DNA from: Minisyncoccia bacterium
GTDB lineage: Bacteria; Patescibacteriota; Minisyncoccia; UBA6257
Direction of reading: 5' to 3'
DNA: 50,069 nt
NCBI GenBank assembly: GCA_049969555.1
Contig: JBMFOQ010000002.1
Location: 1 to 50,069 of the forward strand
Positions 1 through 9,737 of the stretch are shown piece after piece. The translations under genes and the position numbers were made by a program. A model generated the notes under the pieces. The model had not been told where the DNA came from and searched no databases. It worked only from the letters and a program-made list of their open reading frames with translations. The stretch's first letter is position 1. Each line of letters starts with the position of its first letter.

Positions 1-461
1 TGAAAGAACCATCTAAAACTAAAAAAACCACTGCTAAAAAAACCGAAGAACAATTGGGAAAAATTCAGGTAAATAAAAAATATGTGGAGGCAATTGGCAG
101 AAGAAAAGAAGCTACTGCCAGAGTTAGGCTTTATGAAGATAAACCAGGAATAATGATTAACCAAAAAACCCTTAAAGACTATTTTCCTCTTCCTGAATTT
201 CAAAATAAAGTTCTTGAGCCATTTTTAAAAGCTTCGATTGAAAACAAATATTTTATAAGTGTTCAAGTAAAAGGTGGAGGGGTGACTGGTCAGGCAGAAG
301 CAATAAGATTGGGAATTAGTCGGGCTTTGGTAAAATTAGATAAAAACTTAAAACCAGTTTTGAAGAAATTTAAATTATTAACAAGAGATAGTCGGGTAGT
401 GGAAAGAAAGAAATATGGATTCAAGAAAGCAAGAAAGAGGCCTCAATGGGCAAAAAGATAA
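1..461 (+). CDS. rpsI: 30S ribosomal protein S9 (5' end probably truncated by the window edge)
   Basis: GRRKEATARV, GGGVTGQAEAIRLGISRAL and ERKKYG...RPQWAKR motifs; the frame stays open back to the window edge (KEPSKTKKTTAKK). Confidence 0.97.
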   Translation, partial: KEPSKTKKTTAKKTEEQLGKIQVNKKYVEAIGRRKEATARVRLYEDKPGIMINQKTLKDYFPLPEFQNKVLEPFLKASIENKYFISVQVKGGGVTGQAEAIRLGISRALVKLDKNLKPVLKKFKLLTRDSRVVERKKYGFKKARKRPQWAKR

Positions 462-487
462 AAAAACGCGGCTTAGCCGCGTTTTTT
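461..487. terminator. Bidirectional intrinsic terminator
   Basis: AAAAAACGCGGC-TTA-GCCGCGTTTTTT between convergent genes. Confidence 0.85.
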
Positions 488-1829
488 AATAAGATACCTC
501 AATTATCCCATTTATAGTTCCAAAATAAATTTTTTTCAAAACTTTATCAAAAAAGAAAATATTATTATTAACTTCTTTATTAACAGGGTAAAAATTATCT
601 GTTTTTAAATCATAAATGCCTAAATTATTATCTTTTATTACTAGCCAATAATTTTTTATTAGAAAATTTACTGGCATTATTTGAGAATTTATTTCTTTTT
701 GATTTTGGTTAATTAAATCATAAATAGTCCATTTACCATCTTCTTTAGTTTTAAAAACAATTGTTTGAGAAATTGAAGAAAAATTACTTTCTTTAACATT
801 ATCTTTAATAACTGTTGGAAAATCTGTAATTTTAGGATTGAAATAATATAGTTTAGAATCACCAGTGATAACTAAAAATTCATCTTGAGTAGGGTGTTTT
901 TTTATTTGAATTTTTTCTAAGTTGTCCTCCCCAAAACTAAAAAGAGAAAGGGAAGAATTAGTTGAAGAAAAAATATCCGCTTTTGTTAATAGTCCGCTTT
1001 GGTCTATAAAATAAAGATTTTTATCTGAAGCAACAAAGGCAGAAGATTTCCCTTGATAAATTAAATTTAGTTTTTCTTCAAGGAGGTCAAAAAGAAAAAT
1101 AGCATCCTCTGTTTTAAGGATTATTTCATTTTCGTTATTTTTTACAAAAACAGCCTGTTTAATATTTTTGCTTAATTGAGGGTTTAATTCCTTAATCTGT
1201 TTTTCAAGGAGATTGTTTAAGGATTGAGCGACGATATTAAGGTCCCTTAAAAGACTTTTAGCCGGCAATATTATTTGCCAATTATTTGGCTTTATTTCGG
1301 CTAAAATTTTTCTTGAAATGAAATCTATATTTAAAGGAAAGGTGTTGGAAGTGAAAATTTCTTCATTTTGTTTTGTTTCTCGGTCGTAAATAAACCAGGA
1401 ATAAGATATTTTTGAATTCTTGTTTTTATTTTCGACAATATAAAGAAGGCGATTTTTATTTTCTGAGAAAAAGATATTTTTAATATTTGGTTTTAAAACA
1501 AGGTTCGTTTTTTTCCAGTTTAAGGGCAAAAGATAGATATCTTCTAAAATAAGTTTTTGTCTTGGCTCGATTTTAATATTTTGTCCATAATTTAAATAAC
1601 CATTAAGAAAGACATTTAAAAGATACTCACCTGATTTAAGTTGAATATTTAAATTACCATTAATTGGATTATAAATTTTATCATTGATTTTAACTAAGCT
1701 ATTAGGGGGATAAACTTTTAGTTTTAGATTTCCTAGAAAACGCTGGCTATTTTTATAGTAATTAAACAAAAACCACCCCCCAAAAATTAGGCTTAGAATG
1801 AGAATAATAATAGCCGCTTTTTTAAACAT
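486..1829 (-). CDS. Membrane-anchored PEGA-domain protein with a probable beta-propeller C-terminus
   Basis: N-terminal TM helix, then a PEGA-like segment (GNLKLKVYPPNS...LKSGEYLLNVFLNGY) and a beta-rich tail. Confidence 0.65.
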   Translation of the reverse strand: MFKKAAIIILILSLIFGGWFLFNYYKNSQRFLGNLKLKVYPPNSLVKINDKIYNPINGNLNIQLKSGEYLLNVFLNGYLNYGQNIKIEPRQKLILEDIYLLPLNWKKTNLVLKPNIKNIFFSENKNRLLYIVENKNKNSKISYSWFIYDRETKQNEEIFTSNTFPLNIDFISRKILAEIKPNNWQIILPAKSLLRDLNIVAQSLNNLLEKQIKELNPQLSKNIKQAVFVKNNENEIILKTEDAIFLFDLLEEKLNLIYQGKSSAFVASDKNLYFIDQSGLLTKADIFSSTNSSLSLFSFGEDNLEKIQIKKHPTQDEFLVITGDSKLYYFNPKITDFPTVIKDNVKESNFSSISQTIVFKTKEDGKWTIYDLINQNQKEINSQIMPVNFLIKNYWLVIKDNNLGIYDLKTDNFYPVNKEVNNNIFFFDKVLKKIYFGTINGIIEVSY

Positions 1830-1905
1830 AATAAATTTTTCTTAATTATATTATATCTTATTTTATTTGAGAAAAAAAGAAAAATATTATAAAATATATT
1901 CAAGT

Positions 1906-2997
1906 ATGGAGAAAAACTATAAAGCGCTGATTGCTTTAACAATTGTCCTCTCAGTTGTGGGAATTTTAGTGCTTTTTAGCGCTTCTGTGATAATCGCCCA
2001 GAAAGAGCATGGTGATGTTTTTTATTTTGTAAAAAAACAAATAGTCCAAGGAATCATTTTAGGAGGTTTTTTGGGGATGATTGCTTATAGGCTCCCCTTA
2101 AATTTTTGGAGAAAATTAGCCCCCCTTCTGCTTTTTTTGAACGTTATTTTAATTATTCTCTGTTTTATTCCGCCCTTTAAAGTCACGAGTGCTTACGCTT
2201 ACCGCTGGCTAAAAATTGGCTCTTTTATTTTTCAGCCATCAGAATTTTTAAAAATTACCTATTTTGCTTTTTTGGCCGCTCTTTTGGCTCGCTATAGCCC
2301 TTTAGAAAAAAAGAAAATTTTTGGAAAACCATTTTTGATTTTTCTTTGTAGTTTGGCTTTAATTAGCGGTTTAATGGTTATTCAACCATCGACTGGCACA
2401 GTAGTAATTATTGGACTTGCAAGTTTTGCTGTTTATTTTGTTTCTGGTTTGAGTTTTAGACAATTTTTGTTTTTGTTGATAATCGCCTCCTTAGCATTTA
2501 GTTATTTAATTAAAGTGAGCCCTTATCGTTTAGAAAGAATAATATCTTATTCTAAGGGAGAAGATCCTTTAAAAAGCGGCTATCATATTCGGCAAGCGTT
2601 AATTGGAATAGGTTCAGGAGGAATTTTGGGAATTGGTTTTCTAAAATCAGTTCAAAAATTTTTTTATCTACCAGAAACCCACACTGATTCAGTTTTTGCG
2701 GTAATGGCTGAGGAGTTTGGATTTTTGGGCTCAATTTTTTTAATTGTTTTATATCTTTCTTTTTTGCTGGCGGGGTATAAAATAGCGGCAAGGGCAAGGA
2801 ATAATTTTAATAAATATTTTGCCATAGGATTAATCTCTTATATTGGGTTTCAGGCGTTTATTAATATGGCGGTGATGACAAAAATTATTCCCACTACTGG
2901 CGTGCCTTTGCCTTTTATAAGTTATGGGAGTTCTTCCTTAGTAGTTACATTTATAAGTGTTGGCATTTTAAGCAAAATCGCTGCTATTGATTCCTAA
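1906..2997 (+). CDS. ftsW: SEDS-family peptidoglycan glycosyltransferase FtsW
   Basis: RWL...FQPSEFLK, LPETHTDSVFAV and GVPLPFISYGSSS motifs; directly upstream of murG; ATG 1906 preferred because TTG 1867 lies in the -35 box. Confidence 0.9.
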   Translation: MEKNYKALIALTIVLSVVGILVLFSASVIIAQKEHGDVFYFVKKQIVQGIILGGFLGMIAYRLPLNFWRKLAPLLLFLNVILIILCFIPPFKVTSAYAYRWLKIGSFIFQPSEFLKITYFAFLAALLARYSPLEKKKIFGKPFLIFLCSLALISGLMVIQPSTGTVVIIGLASFAVYFVSGLSFRQFLFLLIIASLAFSYLIKVSPYRLERIISYSKGEDPLKSGYHIRQALIGIGSGGILGIGFLKSVQKFFYLPETHTDSVFAVMAEEFGFLGSIFLIVLYLSFLLAGYKIAARARNNFNKYFAIGLISYIGFQAFINMAVMTKIIPTTGVPLPFISYGSSSLVVTFISVGILSKIAAIDS

Positions 2998-3018
2998 GAT
3001 ATAAAGAATATAAAAAAT

Positions 3019-4230
3019 ATGATAAAAAGAAATTCAATTTTTAAAATAGTTTTAACAGGCGGGGGAAGCGGCGGTCATGTCTTTCCTCTAATTTCTGTTT
3101 TAAGAGAAATAAAAAAAATTAGTCAGGAAAAAAACTTGTCAATTGAAGTTATTTATATTGGGCCAAATGATTTTACTCTTGATTATTTTAAAAAAGAAGG
3201 AATTGAAATTAAGTCTTTAATTACCGGGAAAATAAGAAGATCATTTGGCCTCTTAGATTTTTTAAATAATATCTTGGATATTTTTAAGGTAATAATTGGG
3301 ATATTTCAGGCGTTTTATTATTTATTTATCATTATGCCTGATTTGGTGTTGGCAAAGGGAGGATATGGTTCTTTCCCTGTAGTTTTTATAAGCACTATTT
3401 TTGTTATTCCAATTTATCTTCATGAAAGTGATAGCGGGCCAGGGTTAGTAAATCATTTAATGGCAAAGTTTGCTAAAAAAATTTTTATTAGTTTTGAAGG
3501 AGCAAAAAATTACTTTCCGAGTCAAAAAACAAAATTAGTTGGCAATCCAATTAGGGAAGAAATTTTTTACAAAGAGGAGGAAAAAGCCGACAAAAAATCA
3601 TTAAGAAAATTTTTAGGATTAGATGAAAAAAGACCGATTATCACTGTTTTAGGCGGTTCTTTAGGTGCTAAAAATATTAATGATTTGGTTTTGGATGCTT
3701 TACCGCGATTAATTAGCGAAACAGAGATAATTCATCAAACTGGAGCTTTAGACTTTGAGAGAGTAAAAAGAGAGGCAGAGATAGTTTTTCGAGAGATTAT
3801 TGGTTCAGAAATAAACAAAAAATATTATCATCCTTTGCCTTTTATTGAAGAATCGCCGTCGGAAAAGGGACAATTTAATTTAAAAGATGTTTATTTTTTG
3901 AGTGATTTAATTGTTGCCCGGGCAGGAAGCGGTTTGATTTTTGAAATAGCCAGAAGCGGAAAACCAGCAATTCTTATTCCTCTTCCTTGGGCGACGGAAG
4001 ACCATCAGAGAAAAAATGCCTACGAATATAGTCGAAGCGGAGCAGCCGTGGTAATTGAAGAAAAAAACCTTCAGCCAAATATTTTTACGGAATTAATATT
4101 TCAAATTATTAAAGACGAGAAAAAGAAGCAAGAAATGGGCCAAAAAGCAATTGAGTTCTCCAAACCACTGGCGGCGAAAGAAATTGCCGAAGAATTAATT
4201 TCTGCTCTTATCAAGGATAAAAATTTATGA
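3019..4230 (+). CDS. murG: Undecaprenyl-PP-MurNAc-pentapeptide GlcNAc transferase MurG
   Basis: TGGGSGGHVFP, KGGYGS, GNPIR, GGSLGA, ARAG and HQRKNA motifs. Confidence 0.95.
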   Translation: MIKRNSIFKIVLTGGGSGGHVFPLISVLREIKKISQEKNLSIEVIYIGPNDFTLDYFKKEGIEIKSLITGKIRRSFGLLDFLNNILDIFKVIIGIFQAFYYLFIIMPDLVLAKGGYGSFPVVFISTIFVIPIYLHESDSGPGLVNHLMAKFAKKIFISFEGAKNYFPSQKTKLVGNPIREEIFYKEEEKADKKSLRKFLGLDEKRPIITVLGGSLGAKNINDLVLDALPRLISETEIIHQTGALDFERVKREAEIVFREIIGSEINKKYYHPLPFIEESPSEKGQFNLKDVYFLSDLIVARAGSGLIFEIARSGKPAILIPLPWATEDHQRKNAYEYSRSGAAVVIEEKNLQPNIFTELIFQIIKDEKKKQEMGQKAIEFSKPLAAKEIAEELISALIKDKNL

Positions 4231-4247
4231 TATAATAATAAAAGAAT

Positions 4248-5756
4248 ATGGCAGATGATTTAGAGCATTCACAATCACTCTTTGGGCCGAGAGTAAGAAT
4301 GGCGCCGAGCCCAACCGGTTATTTTCATATTGGCAGCGCCCGAACTGCTTTGTTTAATTTTCTGTTTGCCAGAAAAAACGGAGGAAAGTTTATTTTAAGA
4401 ATTGAAGACACTGATCCGATTCGCTCAAAAAAAGAATATGAACAAAATATTTTAGAAAGTTTAAAATGGTTAGGATTAGAATGGGACGAAGGGCCTGATA
4501 AAGAAGGAGAATTCGGCCCTTATCGTCAAAGTGAGCGGTTGGATATTTATGAGAAATATCTTAAACAATTATTAGAAGAAGAAAAGGCTTATTATTGTTT
4601 TTGCTCTCAAGAGGAATTAGAGGCTCAGCGCCAGGAAATGATTACGCGGGGAATGGCTCCCCGGTATTCAGGAAAATGTCGAGATTTAAGTAAGCAAACA
4701 GTTGAGCAATATCTTAAAGAAGGGAAAAAGTCAGTTATTCGCTTAAAAATGCCTCAAGAAAAACTAAAGTTTAAAGACATAATTCGTGGAGAAATAGAAA
4801 TTGATTTATCTTTAATTGGTGATGTGGTTATTGCCAAATGTTTAAGAGAACCCTTATATAATTTTAGCGTGGTAGTTGATGATTTTCTAATGGGAATAAC
4901 GCACGTAATTCGCGGAGAAGACCATATTTCTAATACTCCCAAGCAAATAGTCCTTCAACAGGCTTTGGGCTTTCCTAGGCCCATTTACGCGCATTTGCCA
5001 ATGATTTTAGGGCCAGACAGAGCCAAATTAAGCAAAAGGCATGGAGCAATGGCGGTGACTGACTATCGAAAAGCAGGCTATTTGCCAGAGGCAATAGTTA
5101 ATTTTTTGGCTTTATTAGGCTGGCACCCGGTAGGTGATAATGAGATATTAAGTTTAGAAGAAATTATAAATGCTTTTGAGTTGGAACGGGTGCAAAAGGC
5201 TGGGGCTGTTTTTAATCTTAAAAAACTTGATTGGTTAAATAGTCAATATTTAAAAAAGTTAACGCCAGAAGAATTAATGGAGAGATTTTTTGCTTATACG
5301 AAAAATTACTCAGACTATGCTGATTTATTAAAAAAATATAACAAAGAATATTTTCAAAAAGTAATTGAAATTGATTTACCGAGAATTCATAAATTTAGCG
5401 ATGTTTTTTCTTTGTTTGACTTTTTCTTTAGAGAAAAACTTGATTATGATAAAAAGCTTTTATTCTGGAAAGATATGTCTCTTATTGAATTAAAAAAATC
5501 TCTTAATGACTCTTTGGAATTATTAGAACAAATATCTGAAGAAGATTTTAATAAAGTTAATTTGCAGATTAAGTTTTATGAATTTATTGAAAAGGAAGGG
5601 GCTTATCAGGGGAATAGGGGAAAATTGTTATGGCCTTTAAGAGTGGCTTTATCAGGAAAAGATGCCTCGCCCGGCCCATTTGAAATTGCCGAAATCTTGG
5701 GGAAGAAAGTAACTATTCAAAGAGTAAAAGAAGCAATGAAGAAGACAGAATTATAA
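4248..5756 (+). CDS. gltX: Glutamate--tRNA ligase
   Basis: RMAPSPTGYFHIGSARTAL (HIGH-like), KLSKR and YCFC motifs. Confidence 0.96.
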   Translation: MADDLEHSQSLFGPRVRMAPSPTGYFHIGSARTALFNFLFARKNGGKFILRIEDTDPIRSKKEYEQNILESLKWLGLEWDEGPDKEGEFGPYRQSERLDIYEKYLKQLLEEEKAYYCFCSQEELEAQRQEMITRGMAPRYSGKCRDLSKQTVEQYLKEGKKSVIRLKMPQEKLKFKDIIRGEIEIDLSLIGDVVIAKCLREPLYNFSVVVDDFLMGITHVIRGEDHISNTPKQIVLQQALGFPRPIYAHLPMILGPDRAKLSKRHGAMAVTDYRKAGYLPEAIVNFLALLGWHPVGDNEILSLEEIINAFELERVQKAGAVFNLKKLDWLNSQYLKKLTPEELMERFFAYTKNYSDYADLLKKYNKEYFQKVIEIDLPRIHKFSDVFSLFDFFFREKLDYDKKLLFWKDMSLIELKKSLNDSLELLEQISEEDFNKVNLQIKFYEFIEKEGAYQGNRGKLLWPLRVALSGKDASPGPFEIAEILGKKVTIQRVKEAMKKTEL

Positions 5757-5794
5757 ATTTTAAATTAAAAAATTAACAATTAAAATTAAAATTT

Positions 5795-6154
5795 ATGTTA
5801 AATCCGAAATGTGTTTTTTGTAAAATTATTAGAGGAGAAATTTCTTCTAATAAATATTATGAAGATGATAATTTTATTGCTATTTATGATATAGCACCGA
5901 TTACTAAAGGACACTTGGTTTTATTTTCTAAAAATCACTATGTAAATATTAGAGAAATGCCAGAAGAAGAATTTCAGAAATTATGTCTTAAAGCCAGAGA
6001 ATTAGCAGAAAAACAAATGAAAGAAATTGGTTTTGATGGCTATAATCTTTTAATAAATCAAGGAGAAGCAGCTCAATCTGGCGTTCCTCATCGTCCCCAT
6101 ATTCATATTATTCCTCGCAGATTTGGCGATAGAATTAAAATTGACCCAAGATAA
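5795..6154 (+). CDS. HIT family nucleotide hydrolase
   Basis: CVFCKII N-terminus, GH, and HRPHIHIIPR histidine triad. Confidence 0.9.
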   Translation: MLNPKCVFCKIIRGEISSNKYYEDDNFIAIYDIAPITKGHLVLFSKNHYVNIREMPEEEFQKLCLKARELAEKQMKEIGFDGYNLLINQGEAAQSGVPHRPHIHIIPRRFGDRIKIDPR

Positions 6155-6178
6155 AAATTTAAATTTAATAAAACTTTT

Positions 6179-6622
6179 ATGTGCGGTGTTTTATGTCCAA
6201 TTACTATTTCTGTTAGTTTGTGGCTTTCAAGATATTTGGGAATTGATGATTTAACTTTAGGTTTGTGGCTAGGAGCCTTAATTTTGTCTTTAAGTTACCA
6301 GTTTTATTTGTTTTTAAAGAAAAGAAAATTTTCTTTTCCTTTTAGTTTTTTGATAATTTTAATTGTTTTTTGGTTTTTAAGTTTTTTACCAATTTTTAAT
6401 AGAATAAATTGGGCCCAAAAAGAAAGTTTTTTCTGCGGACTGCCGAGAGTGATTTTTGGCTCTTTTTTGGGAATGTTGGCTTTGTTTTTAAGTGATTTTC
6501 TAAATAATAAGTTTTTAGAGAAATACCACGGGGGAAAAGTATATTTTACTTATCAAAGAGTAATTGTTCCCTTGATTATTTTAATAATAATAAGTATAAT
6601 TATTGAAGTTTTTATTTGCTAA
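6179..6622 (+). CDS. Hypothetical multi-pass membrane protein with N-terminal Cys pair
   Basis: Hydrophobic 147-aa ORF starting MCGVLCP...SRYLGIDD; in operon context. Confidence 0.7.
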   Translation: MCGVLCPITISVSLWLSRYLGIDDLTLGLWLGALILSLSYQFYLFLKKRKFSFPFSFLIILIVFWFLSFLPIFNRINWAQKESFFCGLPRVIFGSFLGMLALFLSDFLNNKFLEKYHGGKVYFTYQRVIVPLIILIIISIIIEVFIC

Positions 6623-6650
6623 GAATTATTAAAAGAATTAAATAAAAAAT

Positions 6651-7193
6651 ATGGAAAACTTAAAGTTTGAGCAGATTTTAGAAAAAATAAAAAAATTAAA
6701 AGAAGGAGAACAGCCATTAGATTTATCTTCAAAAGAAGATTTAGCAATTGGGATAATGAATTTAATTTCTTTAGAAGAACATTTAATTTATACTTATAAC
6801 AAAACAAAAGAGGAAAAATATTTGGATTTATTAAATGAAATTCGGGTTTTAAGAATAGAGTTATTAAAACAAATAATTAAAGATTATGAAGGTGAAGTTT
6901 GGTGTATTTCCAAGCATTTACTTTCTTCTTCAATGAGATTAATGGAAGTGGGAACAAAGAAATTAAAAGAAGGAGATACAAAAACAGCCAAAGATTTATT
7001 TGAAAAATCCTATTCTTTGTGGAATCTTTTCTGGGGATTAAATTTAAAAATTATTGAAAATAAAGATATAAAAGCAGAAAAAGATGAAGATATCAATTTA
7101 ATAGATGAGGGCTCTAATAAATCTTCAAAGATTTCTGTTTTTGAAAAATTGTCTTCAATAATTAAAAAAGTTCTTGATTGTTGTCGGGAATAG
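6651..7193 (+). CDS. Hypothetical helical protein ending in CCRE
   Basis: 180-aa ORF with LEEH and WCISKH segments; host-like composition. Confidence 0.7.
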   Translation: MENLKFEQILEKIKKLKEGEQPLDLSSKEDLAIGIMNLISLEEHLIYTYNKTKEEKYLDLLNEIRVLRIELLKQIIKDYEGEVWCISKHLLSSSMRLMEVGTKKLKEGDTKTAKDLFEKSYSLWNLFWGLNLKIIENKDIKAEKDEDINLIDEGSNKSSKISVFEKLSSIIKKVLDCCRE

Positions 7194-7270
7194 GAAAAAT
7201 TTATCTTTAAATTAGTGGTCGATAAATTTAAAAGGTCGAAAATAATAAAATTAAAAATAAATTAAAAAGG

Positions 7271-8221
7271 ATGAAAAAATTTTTTGCTTTTCTAATAGTT
7301 ATTTCTTTGGTTTTACCCCTTTTTAGTCAAGTTCGGGCTGATAGTGCTAGTAAGCGGCTCAATATGGCGTTTGTAGGAAATGTAACTGCTATTAATTCAG
7401 AAGAGAAAAGCTTTGATTTAAAAGTAGGTGGGTTCGCTCAAAGAATCAAAGGATTTTTTGCTGCCTTGTTTTCGTCAGGAAGATTTTTACCATTTGTTTA
7501 TAAAGTTCTTACTAATGAAGACACCTCTTTTAGAAAAAAATCCGTTACTGGCGTAGTAAATGGTTCTTTTGAAGATTTAAAAATAGGATTACTGGTTCAG
7601 GTAAGAGGATCTTTAAGTGCTTCTTCAAATTCTGAGTATAAAGGAGTAATAAAAGCAAATACGGTATTTATTTTGACTCCTTCCTCTACAACAACAACTA
7701 CGAAAGCAACTACAACAACAGAAGAAATTGCTGAGTGCATAGATAATAAAACTAAGAACAAATTAACCCTTGAAGAAGCTTTAAAAATAGCTGAAAGAGA
7801 TTGTGGAAATTTAGGAAAAATAGATTTAAACAAGGAAAAAGGATGTAATTCTTTGACTGGCACTTGGTTGTTGGGTTTTGTGCCAAATGAAATGAAAGAA
7901 GGATGTAATCCTGTGTGCGAAGTTAATGTTAATACCAAGACAGGAAAGATTATTTGGAGGTGTACCGTCTTACTACCTTCATATATTTGTGAAGTAAAAT
8001 GTGATTTAATTGGTTATAAATCTGAAGGGTGGTATGCTTTTTGTAAAGATCCAATAACTGGTGAAACAGCGAGGAGATTAATAAGATTTGATAATTGCAG
8101 AGGTTGTCAAGCTCTTTGTAAGTATCCCGGAACCCCTAAGGAAGGTTGGTACAGCTCTTGTGATAATAAGTTAATTTGGGGAACAAAGTGTTCCTCAGGG
8201 AATGTTCCTCATGAAGAGTAA
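7271..8221 (+). CDS. Secreted multidomain Cys-rich protein
   Basis: Signal peptide, beta-rich DUF5666-like region, Thr-rich linker, and Cys-rich C-terminus with two EGWY modules. Confidence 0.7.
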   Translation: MKKFFAFLIVISLVLPLFSQVRADSASKRLNMAFVGNVTAINSEEKSFDLKVGGFAQRIKGFFAALFSSGRFLPFVYKVLTNEDTSFRKKSVTGVVNGSFEDLKIGLLVQVRGSLSASSNSEYKGVIKANTVFILTPSSTTTTTKATTTTEEIAECIDNKTKNKLTLEEALKIAERDCGNLGKIDLNKEKGCNSLTGTWLLGFVPNEMKEGCNPVCEVNVNTKTGKIIWRCTVLLPSYICEVKCDLIGYKSEGWYAFCKDPITGETARRLIRFDNCRGCQALCKYPGTPKEGWYSSCDNKLIWGTKCSSGNVPHEE

Positions 8222-8261
8222 AGTGGTCTCTTATTAAGGTGTTAACTTTGAAAGTTGGCTA

Positions 8262-8292
8262 TTTTAAACCCACTTTAAAAGTGGGTTTAAAA
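8262..8292. terminator. Near-perfect inverted repeat, probable terminator
   Basis: TTTTAAACCCACTTT-A-AAAGTGGGTTTAAAA just downstream of the 7271-8221 ORF. Confidence 0.6.
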
Positions 8293-8319
8293 ATGAAGAA
8301 ATTTTTATATAATATTTGT

Positions 8320-9732
8320 ATGAAAAAACTTAAAAAAATCCATTTAATTGGTATTGGCGGAGCAGGAATGACTTCATTAGCTAATTTATTAATTAGTCAA
8401 GGTTATAAAGTTTTGGGAAGTGATATAAAAGAATCAAATAATACTAGATACCTAAAAGAAAAAGGGGTAAAAATTTTCATTGGCCATAGAAAAGAAAATA
8501 TTAAAGGAAAAGAAATAGTTGTTTATTCTGCTGCTGTAAGCCAAGACAATATTGAACTAAAAGAAGCAAAAAGAAGGAAATTAAAAATTTATAATCGGTA
8601 CGAGTATTTAATGGAGATTTTAAAAGATAAAAAAATAATTGCTGTAAGCGGCACTCATGGAAAAAGCACTACTTCTACAATGGTTGGTTTTGTTTTGAAA
8701 AAAATGAATTTAAATCCCACGGTTTATATTGGTGCCACTTCAAAATATTTTCCCTATGGCAGTGAATGGGGAAAGGGGGAATTTGCTGTTGTTGAAACTG
8801 ATGAACATGACAAGTCTTTTCTTCTAACCCCTTCTTATTTACCAGTGATTTTAGATGTTGATAATGACCATTTAGCAAAAGATGGGCCTTATAAAGGAAG
8901 ATTTTCTTTATTAAAAAAGTCTTTTGAAGAATTTGAAAAAGTAAGTAATTCTGGCTATTCGGTTTTAAACATAGATGATGAATTTCTAAATGGGTTGAGA
9001 AAAATTTCTAAAAATAAAGTAATTACTTTTGGTTTAAAAAATAGAAAAGCACACTTTCGGGCAGTTAATTTAAAGTTTTTTCCTATTTATAAAAAACATC
9101 TTTCTCAAGGCGAAATTTTGTATCAGAATAAATCTTTTTCTCATTTTAAATTTCAACTTCCGGGAAAAGAAAATGTTTTAAATTTATTGGCAACTTTGGC
9201 GGTGGCGAAAACTTTAGCACTTGATATTAAAAAAGCCCTTCGTATTCTTAAAGATTTTCCTCCGATTAAAAGAAGGTTTAATGTCTTGTATTTTTCTAAA
9301 AATTTGGCTATCATTGATGACCATGCTGACCACCCCACAGAAATAAAGGTTAGTTTAAGAATGATTCGTCAAGTATTACCCGGCTATAAAATTTTTTTAG
9401 TATTACAGCCGCATCGTTATTCGCGGGTTTCCCTTCTTTATAAAGAATATGCAAAAGCAATTAAAGATTGTGATAATTTAGTTCTTTTGCCTTTGGATCC
9501 GGCGTCCGAGAAACCAATTCCTAATGTAGATAGCAAAAGAATTTATGAGGTAATTAAAAAAGAGAAAATAAAGAAAGAAGATAAGGTATTATTATTTGAA
9601 AGAGAAAACAACCAAAAAGTTCTTTTTGAGATTTTAAAAAACATTCCTTGTAAAAAAAGAGCAATTGTTTTTATGGGACCAGGAAAAATCGCCAGTTATG
9701 CTCCAGAATTTGTGAAATATTTAAAGAATTAA
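8320..9732 (+). CDS. murC: UDP-N-acetylmuramate--L-alanine ligase
   Basis: IHLIGIGGAGM, GTHGKSTTS, DHADHPTEI and QPHRYSR motifs; ATG 8320 follows TATAAT at 8308-8313. Confidence 0.93.
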   Translation: MKKLKKIHLIGIGGAGMTSLANLLISQGYKVLGSDIKESNNTRYLKEKGVKIFIGHRKENIKGKEIVVYSAAVSQDNIELKEAKRRKLKIYNRYEYLMEILKDKKIIAVSGTHGKSTTSTMVGFVLKKMNLNPTVYIGATSKYFPYGSEWGKGEFAVVETDEHDKSFLLTPSYLPVILDVDNDHLAKDGPYKGRFSLLKKSFEEFEKVSNSGYSVLNIDDEFLNGLRKISKNKVITFGLKNRKAHFRAVNLKFFPIYKKHLSQGEILYQNKSFSHFKFQLPGKENVLNLLATLAVAKTLALDIKKALRILKDFPPIKRRFNVLYFSKNLAIIDDHADHPTEIKVSLRMIRQVLPGYKIFLVLQPHRYSRVSLLYKEYAKAIKDCDNLVLLPLDPASEKPIPNVDSKRIYEVIKKEKIKKEDKVLLFERENNQKVLFEILKNIPCKKRAIVFMGPGKIASYAPEFVKYLKN

Positions 9733-9737
9733 TTTTT

